From Anaeromyxobacteraceae bacterium (GTDB lineage Bacteria; Myxococcota; Myxococcia; Myxococcales; Anaeromyxobacteraceae): a stretch of 64,000 bases of DNA. Positions 63,305 through 64,000 of the stretch are shown one piece after another. The stretch spans positions 160,001-224,000 of the forward strand of contig JAULAX010000017.1 of assembly GCA_032654565.1 (NCBI GenBank), read 5' to 3'. Position 1 is the first letter of the stretch. Each line of letters opens with the position of its first letter. Under the pieces are notes generated by a model. That model saw only the letters and a list, made by a program, of their open reading frames with translations, had not been told where the DNA came from and did not search any database. A program made the translations under genes and the position numbers.

Positions 63305-64000
63305 ATGACGTCTACGACCCCAAAGCGCAACGCGCTGGTACGCGCACTCTCGGTCATGCCGAGGTCGACCTCGTCGGCGGCGGGCGACGCCCTGGCCGAG
63401 GGCGGCCGGCTCAAGCTCTCCTGGCTGGTGCAGCTCCACTGGTGGGCCATCCTCGGGCAGGTGCTGATCGTCGGCCTGGCCGAGATCTGGACCGAGTTCG
63501 ACCTGCCGGTCCCGCACATCATGGCGCTGCTCACCGCCGAGGTGATCGGCAATCTGGTGCTGCGCTCCTGGGCCCGCACCGCCCACGTCACCGAGTCGAT
63601 GATGGCCACGGTGATGGTGCTCGACGCCGCCGTCCTGACGCTGCTGCTCGACCTGACCGGGGGCGCCTCCAACCCGTACTCCACGCTCTACCTGGTCAAC
63701 GTGGCGCTGGCCGCGGTGCTGCTGCCGGGGCGCTGGTCCTGGGTGCTGATGGCGGTGACCCTGGCCGGCTTCGCCTGGCTCTTCCTCCACGAGCTGATGA
63801 CCGGCTCCGCCCACCACGTGCGCTTCGGCATGTCCCCGGAGCAGGTGCTGGTGGCCCACGTCCGCGCCTCCTGGGTGGCCCTGGCGCTGGCCGCCATCTT
63901 CATCGTCTACTTCGTGCGGCGGGTGGCGCTGGCGCTGGCCGACCGCGAGCGGGAGCTGCAGCACACCCGGGCCAAGGCGGAGCGGCGCGAGAAGCTGGCC
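63305..64000 (+). CDS. RegB/PrrB-like sensor histidine kinase, N-terminal part (3' truncated)
   Basis: Multi-TM domain, WLVQLHWWAILGQ, LTGGASNPY (GGxxNPF-like), ending in a coiled coil. Confidence 0.75.
   Translation, partial: MTSTTPKRNALVRALSVMPRSTSSAAGDALAEGGRLKLSWLVQLHWWAILGQVLIVGLAEIWTEFDLPVPHIMALLTAEVIGNLVLRSWARTAHVTESMMATVMVLDAAVLTLLLDLTGGASNPYSTLYLVNVALAAVLLPGRWSWVLMAVTLAGFAWLFLHELMTGSAHHVRFGMSPEQVLVAHVRASWVALALAAIFIVYFVRRVALALADRERELQHTRAKAERREKLA

Overview
High-GC myxobacterial chromosome segment, most like Anaeromyxobacter (inferred from gene content and protein style, not from a database match). Much of it is housekeeping: gap-pgk-tpiA-secG, clpX, dnaK, and the block rlmB, four tRNAs, tuf, rpmG, tRNA-Trp, secE, nusG, rplKAJL, rpoBC. 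Seven tRNAs are present in total. Accessory modules: (i) a sulfur-relay cluster (DsrE, ThiF/MoeB E1, TusA, a second degenerate E1, JAB protease, divergent APS-kinase-like protein, LarE); (ii) a Fur-box-preceded operon fur, feoB, Cys-rich ORF, DtxR/FeoA fusion; (iii) a complete Mutator-like IS with terminal inverted repeats and a 9-bp target duplication; (iv) an alternative sigma factor followed by a stand-alone FliH-FliI-FliJ-type ATPase module. The best candidate for a novel system is the E1 pair. One copy keeps the ATP site but lacks the N-terminal arginine finger, and the other keeps the finger but has lost the ATP-site motifs. This suggests an obligate heterodimeric E1 like eukaryotic SAE1-SAE2 or APPBP1-UBA3. 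All calls come from reading motifs by eye, and many start codons were re-picked from the ORF track.
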